Source: a virus (Duplodnaviria; Caudoviricetes). From it: DNA of 42,204 bases. The notes under the pieces were generated by a model. The model saw only the letters and a list, made by a program, of their open reading frames with translations, was not told where the DNA came from and searched no databases. Position 1 is the stretch's first letter, and every line of letters begins with the position of its first letter. This document shows positions 18,819 through 28,267 of this stretch, one piece after another. Both the position numbers and the translations under genes were made by a program. Where the stretch lies: positions 1 through 42,204 of the IMG/VR virus record IMGVR_UViG_3300036783_000051. One strand, 5' to 3'.

Positions 18819-19727
18819 ATGTCTATGCCAGCGCCGCCTACTCCGCTTCAGATTGACTACATCGACCCGGACGGTAACGACTGGGACCTCAGCGACCTGA
18901 CATTTGTTAACGGCTATACCTGCTCTGCGATTAGCGGTATCGAGGGACTCGTTGTGGCTCTACAAACTATTCCGCTACTTGACGGCTCAGCAACTCCTAA
19001 TCAATATATTTCTCAGCCGGGCGCGATCAATCTTGCGATTGTGATAGGACGGCCTGCGAGCAACAACGAGTATGACTACTACATATTGCTCGACAGGATA
19101 ACTCGCGCTTTTTTCAATGTTCGCAATCAGACACCTAAGCCGGGTCACATACAGATTCAGCGACCGGATGGCTCTACTAGGCAGATAGCTGTATATACTA
19201 CAGCCGGTCTCAATAATCCCGATGTCGGGGTCAATAACATTACAGTCTATACATTTACTCTCCAGACCCCAGACCCGTACTGGGAAGACCTCGTACCGCA
19301 GCAGATGTCATTCCAGGGTAGCACTGCATCTGGCATCTTGCCTCTGCTTCCTATTCGTCTTGCTGGTAGCTCCATTGGGTCTAATATCAGCGTAACTAAC
19401 CCTGGTAATGCTCAGGCATGGCCGGTATGGACAATAACAGGACCAGGCACACCGACATTCAAGAATCTTACTAGCGGCAGGCAATGGGCCCTTAACACAT
19501 CTATCCCGGCTGGTCATATCGTACAGGTTGTTACGAAGCCAGGGCAGCAGATAGCCGCAGATGTTACCGCAGCCACCAACATATGGGACCAGCTCGTCCT
19601 AGGAGGCAACCTAAGTAATCTCTGGTCGTTGATGCCTGGAGTAAACCAGGTTAACATCGCAATGGCCGGAGCGACAGCGGCGACCTCGGTTGGGTTGTCC
19701 TGGGTGAATAGGTGGGCTAGGGCATAA
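18819..19727 (+). CDS. Distal tail protein (Dit)
   Basis: LQTPDPYW, NPGNAQAWPVWTITGP and LMPGVNQV motifs; follows the tape measure. Confidence 0.88.
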   Translation: MSMPAPPTPLQIDYIDPDGNDWDLSDLTFVNGYTCSAISGIEGLVVALQTIPLLDGSATPNQYISQPGAINLAIVIGRPASNNEYDYYILLDRITRAFFNVRNQTPKPGHIQIQRPDGSTRQIAVYTTAGLNNPDVGVNNITVYTFTLQTPDPYWEDLVPQQMSFQGSTASGILPLLPIRLAGSSIGSNISVTNPGNAQAWPVWTITGPGTPTFKNLTSGRQWALNTSIPAGHIVQVVTKPGQQIAADVTAATNIWDQLVLGGNLSNLWSLMPGVNQVNIAMAGATAATSVGLSWVNRWARA

Positions 19728-21673
19728 TGGCTGTTCCATATGTAGTGGGCCACGTTGCTACCGGGGCAGCTGCTACATCAGTCAATGTTCCAGTTACTAT
19801 TGCACCGGCGTTGAATGATACCCTTGTTGCTATAGTAAGCATTGCGGCAAACGCACTGACAATATCTGGGGTTACTGACAGCAAGGGCAATTCATGGACA
19901 GCTTATACGTCATCGACAACATCGCGTTCATTGGCTTTCGGTTACGCCATGAACAGCAAGGGCCTGACAACAAGCGACACCATTACTGTTTCGATCAGTG
20001 CTTCCCAGAATATGCGTGTGACTGTCATAGGGATTCCTGGTGCGTGGCGAGTAGACAAGACTCCGGCCGGAAACGGCGGCACTGGAACGTCCATGTCGGC
20101 GGCTACTGGCGCGCTCTCGGCCTCTGGAGAAATCTGTATAGGTGGATGTAGCCAGTCAGGCTCGACTCTGCCGACGAGCCCGTCGTGGACCTTGATCGAG
20201 AACTTCTCGACAGGCACGATCATATCAAGTGCTTACACGAACCCTGCCGGAACAACATCACAGACATACAGCCTCACTAACTCTGGTAACCCGCAATATG
20301 ACATCGGGGTCATTACTTTCCAGCCTGGACAGGCCCTGCCAGTTTCTGGCTCTGCTCAGAGTTCATCTTCAGCTAGTGGAAGTTTCGGCTCACTAACTAC
20401 CACTGGCACTTCCGTTACCGCGTCTGCAGCGGACGGAACATTGCTTCCGGCTGCAGTCTATGTTCTGCCTGGCGCAGGATCAACAGATGCAGTATGGGTC
20501 GAGGTACTAGACAGTAACCTGGCAAGCCAAGGCCCCATACAGTTCGTAAACCTAACTGCGCAGCTATATCATAACGCGGTCGGGTCATGGTCGCTGACTA
20601 CGCCGTACACTGACACGCTCTGGAACCTCATGATGGCCGGGGACTTCTTTGTGCAGGTGAACTGGCGAGGGCTCTTCACGTTCGGCGGTAAGTGCGAACA
20701 GCCGGGCTACTCTGACTCGATACCGGGCGCTGGTGGAGGCAGCCCCGGCTCTGGCTCGTTCATCACCCTGTCCGGCGCGGACTATCTTGGCTTGATGGCT
20801 AACCGGATATGCTACCCGTCGCCGGGTGTGGCCTGGAACGCCCAGACGGCTAGCGGCCAGGACCCGGTAACTGGCATTCCGCTAGAGAATGCTATCAAGC
20901 ACTACGTGAACAATAACCTTGGTCCTGCTACTACCGCCGCGCGGAGGATTAGCCAGCTAGATATAGCCGCCAATGCTAACCAGGGCGCGAACGTTACGTA
21001 CACGGTCAAATTCGGTAGCGGAGTGAACCTGAACCTGCTTGATGTGATCCGCGCTCTCATCTCCCAGACTGGGACCGGCAAGACCATGGGCATCAAGATC
21101 ACACGGAACCCGACGACACACCGGCTCTTGTTTGATGTATACGTTCCGCGCGACCTGACAGGCAAGGCGTGGTTCAGCCAGCAGCTTGGCAACCTGACAT
21201 CGGTACAGTTCAATCTGACCGACCCTACCGTTACCGACTCGCTAGTCCAGGGTGCCGGTACGACGTTCGTCCAGAAGACCGCATCTGGCACAACGCAATT
21301 CAACAAGGTGGAGCAGTTCAGTGACTCTACCGGCGAGTCTGACCTGAACAACCTGAACACTACCGCTTCGGACGCTATACTGTCTGGAGCGGCCGGGCCG
21401 ACGATGACCGTGACAGCGACTGACATTCCGTTCCTGACGTTCGGGCGAGACTACGGCCTAGGCGACATAGTGTCAGTCGAGGTCCGGCCTGGGGTTGTTT
21501 ACTCAGACGTAGTCAGCGGAGTCCAGCTAACAGCCGACCCGGCCGCTACGCCTAACATCAACGTTGTACCGACCGTAGGCAACAGCGGCAACTCTACGGC
21601 TACCGACCAGAGCATTATAGGGCAGCTAACTGCCAGGATCAAAGCCCTAGAGAAGCAAATGGCTACCAAGTGA
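19727..21673 (+). CDS. Tail hub/Tal-like minor tail protein with extra N-terminal beta domain
   Basis: C-terminal 400 aa with HNAVGSWSL, LLFDVYVPRD and FGRDYGLGDIVSV; N-terminal about 245 aa is Ser/Thr-rich. Confidence 0.85.
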   Translation: MAVPYVVGHVATGAAATSVNVPVTIAPALNDTLVAIVSIAANALTISGVTDSKGNSWTAYTSSTTSRSLAFGYAMNSKGLTTSDTITVSISASQNMRVTVIGIPGAWRVDKTPAGNGGTGTSMSAATGALSASGEICIGGCSQSGSTLPTSPSWTLIENFSTGTIISSAYTNPAGTTSQTYSLTNSGNPQYDIGVITFQPGQALPVSGSAQSSSSASGSFGSLTTTGTSVTASAADGTLLPAAVYVLPGAGSTDAVWVEVLDSNLASQGPIQFVNLTAQLYHNAVGSWSLTTPYTDTLWNLMMAGDFFVQVNWRGLFTFGGKCEQPGYSDSIPGAGGGSPGSGSFITLSGADYLGLMANRICYPSPGVAWNAQTASGQDPVTGIPLENAIKHYVNNNLGPATTAARRISQLDIAANANQGANVTYTVKFGSGVNLNLLDVIRALISQTGTGKTMGIKITRNPTTHRLLFDVYVPRDLTGKAWFSQQLGNLTSVQFNLTDPTVTDSLVQGAGTTFVQKTASGTTQFNKVEQFSDSTGESDLNNLNTTASDAILSGAAGPTMTVTATDIPFLTFGRDYGLGDIVSVEVRPGVVYSDVVSGVQLTADPAATPNINVVPTVGNSGNSTATDQSIIGQLTARIKALEKQMATK

Positions 21674-21679
21674 GGTATC

Positions 21680-22522
21680 ATGGCAACTTATGACGCGCGG
21701 CCCAGCGCATTCACCCAGCTGACATCAACATCTGACTGGGAGTACCTGCTAAGTATGGCTGGGCCACCTGCAGCCATCGACGGCTCGATCGGCAATGCCA
21801 TGACACCATCCCTTGATACCGGTGGCCGTAACGCTGTTATCGCTGACGGCGTCATCTTGATACGTGGCCAGCTATGGCGCTGCGACGCTCCAGTGAACAC
21901 GCCTATTCCGGCCGCGTCCGCTCAGAACAGAATCGACCGTCTAGTCATACGCCTGACACGCGGAGCTGGCACATCTGCTACGGTAGTAGCACCGGCTGTT
22001 ATTACCGGTACACCATCTGGCACGCCAACCATACCGGCGCTGACTCAGACCCCGACCGGCATCTGGGAGTATCCGGTGTCCCACTGGACCGCTACCTCGG
22101 CCGGAGCGCTTACCGGACTGGTTGATGACCGTAGGCTCACGAACGACCCGTGGCATGACATGCGGCCGCTCACCGGCGGATTCTTCGGCACTATATCCGG
22201 TAACACTCCGCCGCAGTACCGCTTCAGTGATGACACTAGGTTTGTAGAAGTAGCAGGGTGTGTTCAAACTCCGGCCGCCTCTGGCAACTATAATGGCATC
22301 GCGTTCTTCACTATGCCTCCTGCCTATCGCACGGTGGCGGCATCAACTGGGGCCCGCTGGTTTGTTGGTGATGTGCCGGATGGGGCTGCTACTCCTATCG
22401 TGCAGCTTCACTCTGATGGTTCTCTCCAGCTTCACTTCATGCCCGGATCACTCGCACAGACCATCATAACTATTTTCGGCCGGTATCCGCTCGATGACCA
22501 GAACGGCTTTATCCAAACATAG
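21680..22522 (+). CDS. Minor tail / tail-tip protein
   Basis: NRIDRLVIRL...PALTQTPTGIWEYP...DDRR baseplate-type N-domain plus a receptor-binding-head-like C-domain (FFTMPPAYR). Confidence 0.8.
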   Translation: MATYDARPSAFTQLTSTSDWEYLLSMAGPPAAIDGSIGNAMTPSLDTGGRNAVIADGVILIRGQLWRCDAPVNTPIPAASAQNRIDRLVIRLTRGAGTSATVVAPAVITGTPSGTPTIPALTQTPTGIWEYPVSHWTATSAGALTGLVDDRRLTNDPWHDMRPLTGGFFGTISGNTPPQYRFSDDTRFVEVAGCVQTPAASGNYNGIAFFTMPPAYRTVAASTGARWFVGDVPDGAATPIVQLHSDGSLQLHFMPGSLAQTIITIFGRYPLDDQNGFIQT

Positions 22523-22530
22523 GGAGGGAC

Positions 22531-22650
22531 ATGGTCTGGGAGTATGTGGATACGATCCTTGGCGGGCTTGCGCTTGCCATCTTGGTCATTCACATACGTT
22601 GGCATCACCTCTGGACCAGACATGATAACCGGCATCGTGACGATGAGTAG
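22531..22650 (+). CDS. Small single-TM protein (holin-like candidate, 39 aa)
   Basis: GGGAGG RBS; MVWEYVDTILGGLALAILVIHIRWHH...; upstream of the lysin. Confidence 0.55.
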   Translation: MVWEYVDTILGGLALAILVIHIRWHHLWTRHDNRHRDDE

Positions 22651-22696
22651 AGAGCGCCGAGTATAATAGGCTCAACACCCGCCCATAGGGAGGATC

Positions 22697-22915
22697 ATGG
22701 ACGACAGAGACAACACGGGCCGAGGTCGGCTCATCCAAGAGGGCGAGGTCGTCGACCTGGATGAAGTCCGGCGCGGAGTCCTGCGCCTACCGGACCCGCC
22801 AGAGCGTAGGCCAGAGCCCCCAGTAGAAGAGCAAGACGAGAAGTGGGCCAAGCTGGATGACCTGCCGCGCCGGCACCCGATACGTAGGTGGGTCAAGGGA
22901 AGGCTAGGTGACTGA
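22697..22915 (+). CDS. Hypothetical protein
   Basis: GGAGG RBS; TATAAT at 22662; TGATG coupling to the lysin. Confidence 0.6.
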   Translation: MDDRDNTGRGRLIQEGEVVDLDEVRRGVLRLPDPPERRPEPPVEEQDEKWAKLDDLPRRHPIRRWVKGRLGD

Positions 22916-23730
22916 TGGCTGTTCAAGAAGTCCTCTGCCTTACCGGCAACTACTCCGGGCGCGGAGGCGTACAGCCGATCAAGTTCGCGCTACACACGAT
23001 GGAAGGGTTCACTGGTCCGAACGGCGCGATGGACTGCGCCAAGTATTTTCAGGGCAACGTCGGCGCCAGCGCACACTGGTGTATCGACAACTTCCATACC
23101 AACCAGGCTGTCTGCGGAGTCTACGAGCAATACGCGGCGTGGACGCAGAGCAGCTACAACAGCCTGAGCTTCGGCGTTGAGCAAGCCGGCTATGCCTCGT
23201 ACTCCCGCGACAAGTGGCTCAACGAGCAGAGCACGCTGTTGCACACGACAGCCGCGCTCATGCGGCAGATATGCGACAAGTACGGCATCCCGATGCGTTC
23301 GCTGAGCGCGGGCGAGGCGCAGGACAGCTGGACCAAGGGAGTCTGCGATCATGTGGACTTCGGCTCCGGGGGCGGTGGTCACCATGACTGCGGCTCGGGC
23401 TACCCGATGGACAAGGTCATCGAGTGGGCGAAGTCTGGAACAGGAGGCGGCACTACACCAGAAGCAGGAGGAGAGTTCGTGTCATCAGCAGTAGCGTTCT
23501 ATGAAGGCAAGCGGATCATCGCCTACATCAACCAGTCGGGCCAGATTTGCGTCAATGGCGGGGCCATCGCGGGCTCGAATGCCCGAAGCGGCCCAGGGCT
23601 CGAAGTCGATCAGAGTAATGGCCGAAAGGTCATTACGTACACCAACACCAGCGGCAAGCTCTGTACGTACACCCAGGACCCTGGAAGCAATCAATGGGCC
23701 TGGTATGACACGGGATGGACCGCGAAGTAG
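22915..23730 (+). CDS. Endolysin, N-acetylmuramoyl-L-alanine amidase (Amidase_2-like)
   Basis: ALHTMEG, ASAHWCID, AAWTQ, GVEQAG, CDH...HHDCG Zn-amidase motifs; Gly linker and C-terminal binding domain. Confidence 0.9.
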   Translation: MAVQEVLCLTGNYSGRGGVQPIKFALHTMEGFTGPNGAMDCAKYFQGNVGASAHWCIDNFHTNQAVCGVYEQYAAWTQSSYNSLSFGVEQAGYASYSRDKWLNEQSTLLHTTAALMRQICDKYGIPMRSLSAGEAQDSWTKGVCDHVDFGSGGGGHHDCGSGYPMDKVIEWAKSGTGGGTTPEAGGEFVSSAVAFYEGKRIIAYINQSGQICVNGGAIAGSNARSGPGLEVDQSNGRKVITYTNTSGKLCTYTQDPGSNQWAWYDTGWTAK

Positions 23731-23814
23731 CGAGCTGCAAGAATTAGCTCGTTAACTTAGTACCCGGCCGAGGTACGAAAGAAACGAAGTAAATCGCAGC
23801 AAAAGGAGAAAGAG

Positions 23815-24024
23815 ATGACCGTATCAACGCCAGAGCCTCCGCGTAACGGAAGCTACATGGCCGCCTACGTCCTCACTGACCAGGAGGGTGGCGGCGAAGA
23901 CCTCCAGGCTCGCGCCCAGGTCTGCAAGACCTGCTCCGCTCTCGTCGCGGAGGACGGCATGGACGGGCACATGGGCCTTCACGAGGCGCTGGGCCAGGGC
24001 GGCTCAGGCCCAAAGAGCAGATGA
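23815..24024 (+). CDS. Small C2H2-like protein
   Basis: AAGGAG RBS; CKTC...HMGLH. Confidence 0.65.
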   Translation: MTVSTPEPPRNGSYMAAYVLTDQEGGGEDLQARAQVCKTCSALVAEDGMDGHMGLHEALGQGGSGPKSR

Positions 24025-24182
24025 TGGCTAGCGTCCTAGTCAGGCTCAAGAATTTCGAGAGCACGGAGGCTGCTAGCAAGACCGCCGAGGCCATCATGAA
24101 CGCGGGCGGCATCAACTACGTCGACCAGTCCACCAACGAGACAGTCAACGTGACGGTCGGAGATGTGACGGTGGAATCGTGA
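24021..24182 (+). CDS. Hypothetical protein (53 aa)
   Basis: Hand-translated MMASVLVRLKNFEST...; ATGA and GTGA overlaps. Confidence 0.6.
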   Translation: MMASVLVRLKNFESTEAASKTAEAIMNAGGINYVDQSTNETVNVTVGDVTVES

Positions 24183-24277
24183 CCACAACTCAAGGATGGG
24201 TCATCGTGGCAGAGGTCGGCATCATCGCGCTGTACTGCCTGATTGGCCTATTCCGTGGCGGACCTCGCGTACCATAA
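24179..24277 (+). CDS. Small single-TM protein (32 aa)
   Basis: MTTTQGWVIVAEVGIIALYCLIGLFRGGPRVP; GTGA overlap. Confidence 0.55.
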   Translation: MTTTQGWVIVAEVGIIALYCLIGLFRGGPRVP

Positions 24278-24287
24278 CAGGCAATAG

Positions 24288-24335
24288 GAACGGCCGACCA
24301 GGTGGGTGGATCGAGGGGGTCCTGGCCGGCCGTTC
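24288..24335. terminator. Probable bidirectional terminator at the junction of the two arms
   Basis: Inverted repeat GAACGGCCGACCAGG / CCTGGCCGGCCGTTC between convergent genes. Confidence 0.7.
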
Positions 24336-24345
24336 GTCTGTGCGG

Positions 24346-24978
24346 CTAGCACATATCTCGCGTAGACCACGCACTCCAGTCCGTGCCGTTTCCGCTCATA
24401 GCGATCGCACGCTGAGCGTTCTGGAATGGAACAAGCATCGACTGGCCGCCGTTATGTATCTGCCAGAGGCCCCAGTCGTCGGTCGGGCTGATCGCCCAGG
24501 GCTTGCCGCTCGACTCATGCTCGGCGATACACGCCGCATGGAACGCCGTCGCGGAGCTACCGCCAGCAAGCTCCCAGAGCCGCTCCAGTCCTATGTAGCT
24601 GTAGATGCTGGACGTGCCTGGGACGACCGCTGAACCGGCCGCGTAGCTAGAACCGCTGCTACTACTACTAGCGGAGCTACTACTGGAACTGGAGCCGCCT
24701 GTACCGCCGCAGGCAAGCCATATGTGCTCGCCGACACTGATCACGTTGGGGTTAGCGATACCATTTGCCTGGGCCAGCTCGTGATACTTGTTCGGGTCGT
24801 GACAGAAGTAGCCGGCGATGCCGCCGAGGGTGTCGCCCGACCGGACGATGTAGATGACCTTAGTGACTGATACTTCCGAGACGGTTTGCGGGTGGCCTCC
24901 TAGCTCTGCCTGTCCTCCTGCGACTACGCCGCTAGCTGCGATAGCCAGCGCTGCTACCTTCAGCGCCAATACCGGCAT
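24346..24978 (-). CDS. Secreted LysM + lytic transglycosylase (Rpf/SLT-like) protein
   Basis: Signal peptide; LysM (YIVRSGDTLGGIA...NGIANPNVISVGE); poly-Ser linker; CIAEHESSG...WGLWQI catalytic motif. Confidence 0.88.
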   Translation of the reverse strand: MPVLALKVAALAIAASGVVAGGQAELGGHPQTVSEVSVTKVIYIVRSGDTLGGIAGYFCHDPNKYHELAQANGIANPNVISVGEHIWLACGGTGGSSSSSSSASSSSSGSSYAAGSAVVPGTSSIYSYIGLERLWELAGGSSATAFHAACIAEHESSGKPWAISPTDDWGLWQIHNGGQSMLVPFQNAQRAIAMSGNGTDWSAWSTRDMC

Positions 24979-25131
24979 GAGGGTCCTCTCCTTGTAGGTC
25001 CATCCTACTGGGGGTGCGGGGTGCTGTTCGGATGGCTTACCCGAGGACGATACGCCGTAAGTACGGATGCGTCTAGCCCAATGGCAATCGACGCAGGCCG
25101 GGGCCGGTCGGACGCCTAACCCCGCGCAGCG

Positions 25132-25446
25132 CTACCGGGGCGAGCTAGGGGCCGTGTGAGCCCGTCCGGGGGAATCGGGTAGGGGCGCGTCCGAAACCGG
25201 CTTAGAGGCCGTTTTAGATGGCATCAATTCGATGAGCTTGCCGTCTTTGGTGATGTGCCAGACCCAGCTCTTGCCATAATCGGAGAGCGCGTTGTACTGG
25301 GCTTGGGTTATGCGGGGAGGGTGACGGGCTCGCAGAGCCTGGTTGGCCAGCATACGGGCGTTACGCCTAGCCCTGGCCGCACCCTCTGGATTTCCAGCCG
25401 CGTCCCGCATGCGTGCTACGTGGAGCCAGAGGTGGTAGGTGTTCAC
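25132..25446 (-). CDS. Hypothetical protein
   Basis: GTGA overlap with the upstream gene; the C-terminus runs into a low-complexity tract. Confidence 0.5.
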   Translation of the reverse strand: MNTYHLWLHVARMRDAAGNPEGAARARRNARMLANQALRARHPPRITQAQYNALSDYGKSWVWHITKDGKLIELMPSKTASKPVSDAPLPDSPGRAHTAPSSPR

Positions 25447-25835
25447 TTGTCTTTCTTGACGAGACGGTATGGCAGCCCTTGCGATGCGATGTACTCACGC
25501 AGTAGCTGCGGTATCGAGGTGACGCCGGTCCTGACTGATTCTGGGTCCTCGCCAAGACATATGGCGGTCAGCACGTCGAAGCGGTTATACATGGCTTTCT
25601 CTGCGACCCTGATTGCGTGCTGGAGAGTATGGTCGTATTCATCGAGCCCGGCCTTGACTAGCGTGCCAAGCTTTTCCAGCACCGCATCCGAGTTGAGGAA
25701 CTCATCTCGCAGCTCTCGCGCGGACTTCATGGCCTCGTTGAGGTCGCGGAGAGTCTCATGCGCTTCGCGGGTGGCCGCGCGCAGTTCTTGCAGCACTTCC
25801 AGCTCGCGCTGTAGGTGTTCTGGTATCCCGTCCAC
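25443..25835 (-). CDS. Hypothetical coiled-coil protein
   Basis: Heptad-rich ORF in a packed operon. Confidence 0.7.
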   Translation of the reverse strand: MDGIPEHLQRELEVLQELRAATREAHETLRDLNEAMKSARELRDEFLNSDAVLEKLGTLVKAGLDEYDHTLQHAIRVAEKAMYNRFDVLTAICLGEDPESVRTGVTSIPQLLREYIASQGLPYRLVKKDK

Positions 25836-25981
25836 TACACATCCTCAAGCTTGAGCGGCTTCATAGCCATCGACCGCCAGTCATAATACATGTCCTTCAC
25901 GGAAGGCGTATCAGGCTTAATTGTCTCGCCGAAGATGACCATTCCTTCGCCTGGAAACACGAACGGCACTGTAATGTCCAT
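25835..25981 (-). CDS. Hypothetical protein (48 aa)
   Basis: Hand-translated MDITVPFVFPGEG...; exactly fills the gap with 1-nt overlaps. Confidence 0.55.
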   Translation of the reverse strand: MDITVPFVFPGEGMVIFGETIKPDTPSVKDMYYDWRSMAMKPLKLEDV

Positions 25982-26370
25982 CACACATCCTCAGGCCTGG
26001 AGCCTGGCTTAGCCCAGAGTGTCCATACATAGCCGTCGCGGTCTGTCTGCTCGATTGTGATCAGTCCGCGCTTGGCAGGGTTGCGGCACTTGTAGGCTCT
26101 GCCGAAGTGCATGTTGAACCCGGTCACGGACTTGAACAGCTCGCCGCACTTCCGGCATAGACACGGCGCCAGGCGACCGGGCGGCAGTTCGTCGTGTTCG
26201 TCGGTCGGGTGACTGCCGTGGCATAGCTCGCACAGTCCGCGCTCGTCGCCGCTGTAAGCGCAGAACTGATGTACGGGGCAGATGCTATCTTCGTTAGGCC
26301 CGTACAACACCCAGCCGCCTCGTGCACGCCTCAGCTTCGGCAGCTCTATAGTATCTTCGCGGCGGTTCAT
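25981..26370 (-). CDS. Zinc-binding phage protein
   Basis: CPVH, CELCH and CRKCGELFKSVTGFNMH...CRNP motifs; ATG 26370 with ATGA overlap. Confidence 0.7.
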   Translation of the reverse strand: MNRREDTIELPKLRRARGGWVLYGPNEDSICPVHQFCAYSGDERGLCELCHGSHPTDEHDELPPGRLAPCLCRKCGELFKSVTGFNMHFGRAYKCRNPAKRGLITIEQTDRDGYVWTLWAKPGSRPEDV

Positions 26371-26636
26371 GGGGCCATCGCCGGCCCAACGGCGCGGACT
26401 ACAGCATATGTCCAGAGTGGGCTTAGTTCGGTGCCGACGAAGACCTCCTGCATGCTCATGTCGTCGATGTAACCGAAGCCCATCACCTTGACATGGAGTG
26501 GACCCGTAACCCGAGTGCCGTTGACCTCGTCTAGGCTCATTTGCCACGCACTATGTACGATTTCGTACAGTGCTTTCTTGTCCAGGTACAGAGTGCGCGG
26601 AATCGGTGTTGCCCACACGAATGTATCTAGGTGCAT
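26367..26636 (-). CDS. Hypothetical protein
   Basis: ORF preceded by AAAGGCAGGG. Confidence 0.6.
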   Translation of the reverse strand: MHLDTFVWATPIPRTLYLDKKALYEIVHSAWQMSLDEVNGTRVTGPLHVKVMGFGYIDDMSMQEVFVGTELSPLWTYAVVRAVGPAMAP

Positions 26637-26657
26637 TGAGTCCCTGCCTTTGGACTG

Positions 26658-26807
26658 TTAGTCGTCGTTGACGTCTACGTACAGCTTGATATCTATGGTC
26701 GGATTCTTCTCCACGAAGTCACCGATGAATACATTCTCGCAGTTTGCTTCTGCGCGGTCGATGATGTCTGCGGTTTCGTCGTCCACGGTGACGAGATAGA
26801 CCTTCAT
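26658..26807 (-). CDS. Small acidic hypothetical protein (49 aa)
   Basis: Hand-translated MKVYLVTVDDETADII...; ATGA overlap. Confidence 0.6.
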   Translation of the reverse strand: MKVYLVTVDDETADIIDRAEANCENVFIGDFVEKNPTIDIKLYVDVNDD

Positions 26808-27361
26808 GAGAGCACCGAGCAGAGACGGTCTGTCGCCTCGTCGATCTCATCGTGATGCATGATCTCGCCGTTGATGCTGGTGGCGATCTGGCCGTCAGGG
26901 AATACCGCGACCAGGCAACCGTCGAGTCCTGCGAGCTGCTTCCAGCCCCAGTTGTGGTTCTCGAAGAGTGCCTCGATTGCGCGGTCAACGCTGACCTCGA
27001 CTTCCTCTTCCTCGTGTGCATGCTTGTACCGGCGCAGTTCGTGCAGCCGGTGGTGGAATGAGCGGTACATCTGCTCTATCTCGTGCGGCATGTTAGCGGG
27101 TAGCTCCGCGAGGTCGGCCAGGCTGCCCTTGTGCCGCTTCGTGAAGTGAGCGGCGAACGTGGGGGTGTCCATGCTGCTAACCGCTACGACCATGACCGGC
27201 GGCTTTACTGATGCCGGCATTTCCTTGACTTTGACTACCATGGCTGGTATCCTTCCCGCCGCGAGGTGTATCTTCCATGCGGCTCTGCTCTGGTCTGTGT
27301 TCGGGACGTTACGGGCGCACCAGTCGTACTGGCGCCATGCCCACTCTTGTATCGGAAGCAC
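26804..27361 (-). CDS. Hypothetical His-rich protein (start uncertain)
   Basis: ORF track; HFTKRH and FHHRLH motifs. Confidence 0.65.
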   Translation of the reverse strand: MLPIQEWAWRQYDWCARNVPNTDQSRAAWKIHLAAGRIPAMVVKVKEMPASVKPPVMVVAVSSMDTPTFAAHFTKRHKGSLADLAELPANMPHEIEQMYRSFHHRLHELRRYKHAHEEEEVEVSVDRAIEALFENHNWGWKQLAGLDGCLVAVFPDGQIATSINGEIMHHDEIDEATDRLCSVLS

Positions 27362-27362
27362 A

Positions 27363-27773
27363 TCAGTTCATCCGGCGCTTGTTCTCTTCGCTCTTCTGCC
27401 TGAGCAGCCGGGTGAAGACGCGGGCATCCCTGTTGCTTTCGATCCGGCCGAGCGTGATGATGCCGGCGCTGATGAAGCAGTAGAGGAACGCGGGCTCTGT
27501 GAGCCACCATGGCGGTGACCAGTCTGCTATGCCGACGATCAGGACGGTTGCGATCGAGGTGATAGCAGATATGCCGTAGATGATGGTGCCCCAGATGCTA
27601 AAGACGCGCGGCACCTTCGTTGCTATTGCGATCGGGGTCGGCCGCGGTGGCATCCGCGATGGGAGGTCTTCGTTCACGTTAAGCAGCTTCCTTCTGCATT
27701 GACAGAGCAGGTCCGAAGGGCAAGCAGGCCCTCCGTTGATGCAATCATCTAGTCCGTGAAGAGGCTTGCTCAT
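27363..27773 (-). CDS. Membrane protein (2 TM)
   Basis: Two hydrophobic segments and a basic C-terminal tail. Confidence 0.65.
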   Translation of the reverse strand: MSKPLHGLDDCINGGPACPSDLLCQCRRKLLNVNEDLPSRMPPRPTPIAIATKVPRVFSIWGTIIYGISAITSIATVLIVGIADWSPPWWLTEPAFLYCFISAGIITLGRIESNRDARVFTRLLRQKSEENKRRMN

Positions 27774-28267
27774 GGTCCGGGCTCCTCAACTAGTGGGTCT
27801 GATCCGTCGACGGCACGGTGGATCATCTGGTTATAGATGCCGACGCCCTTGGCCAGTCGACGCTTGACTTCATCGGACGTACCAGGGAAGCAGCCGGGGC
27901 AGCCTTCCACAGTGCCGTCGTCGTCGTGGATGTGATTGCTTGTCCATCTGCTTAGACGTTCGCGCCGGAATGCTTCCGGGTCCTTGTCATGTAGCTCCAT
28001 GATCTGGTCGATGACTCGCTTCTGCCATTCCGTCAGGGAGAGGCCGCCGAAGTGCTTGTCGATGTAGCGTTGCGCAGCTTCGCGCCGCTCCTCATCGGTC
28101 AGCTCTACCGGGTCTGGCAATGGCTGCGGCGGAAGTATCTGCCAGATGCCGTGCGGCGTGATGACACTCTCGATGCGGGGCTCGGTGGGCTCGTCATCTT
28201 GCTCTGGCATGTACCAGTTCAGGAATGCTTCTTCGTTTTCGTCATCGGACGATGGTGTATGGCACAT
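27770..28267 (-). CDS. Hypothetical protein
   Basis: ORF in a packed operon; HIH...CPGC motif. Confidence 0.6.
   Translation of the reverse strand: MCHTPSSDDENEEAFLNWYMPEQDDEPTEPRIESVITPHGIWQILPPQPLPDPVELTDEERREAAQRYIDKHFGGLSLTEWQKRVIDQIMELHDKDPEAFRRERLSRWTSNHIHDDDGTVEGCPGCFPGTSDEVKRRLAKGVGIYNQMIHRAVDGSDPLVEEPGP

Noticed and set aside
23731-23814. Possible hammerhead ribozyme or riboswitch after the lysin (two hairpins + GAAA)
   Set aside because: Lacks the CUGAnGA core; more simply a terminator-like hairpin plus an A-rich leader.
24979-25131. c-di-AMP (ydaO) riboswitch upstream of the Rpf-like gene
   Set aside because: Expected by analogy with Streptomyces rpfA, but I could not find the conserved ydaO sequence blocks; only a possible promoter is visible.
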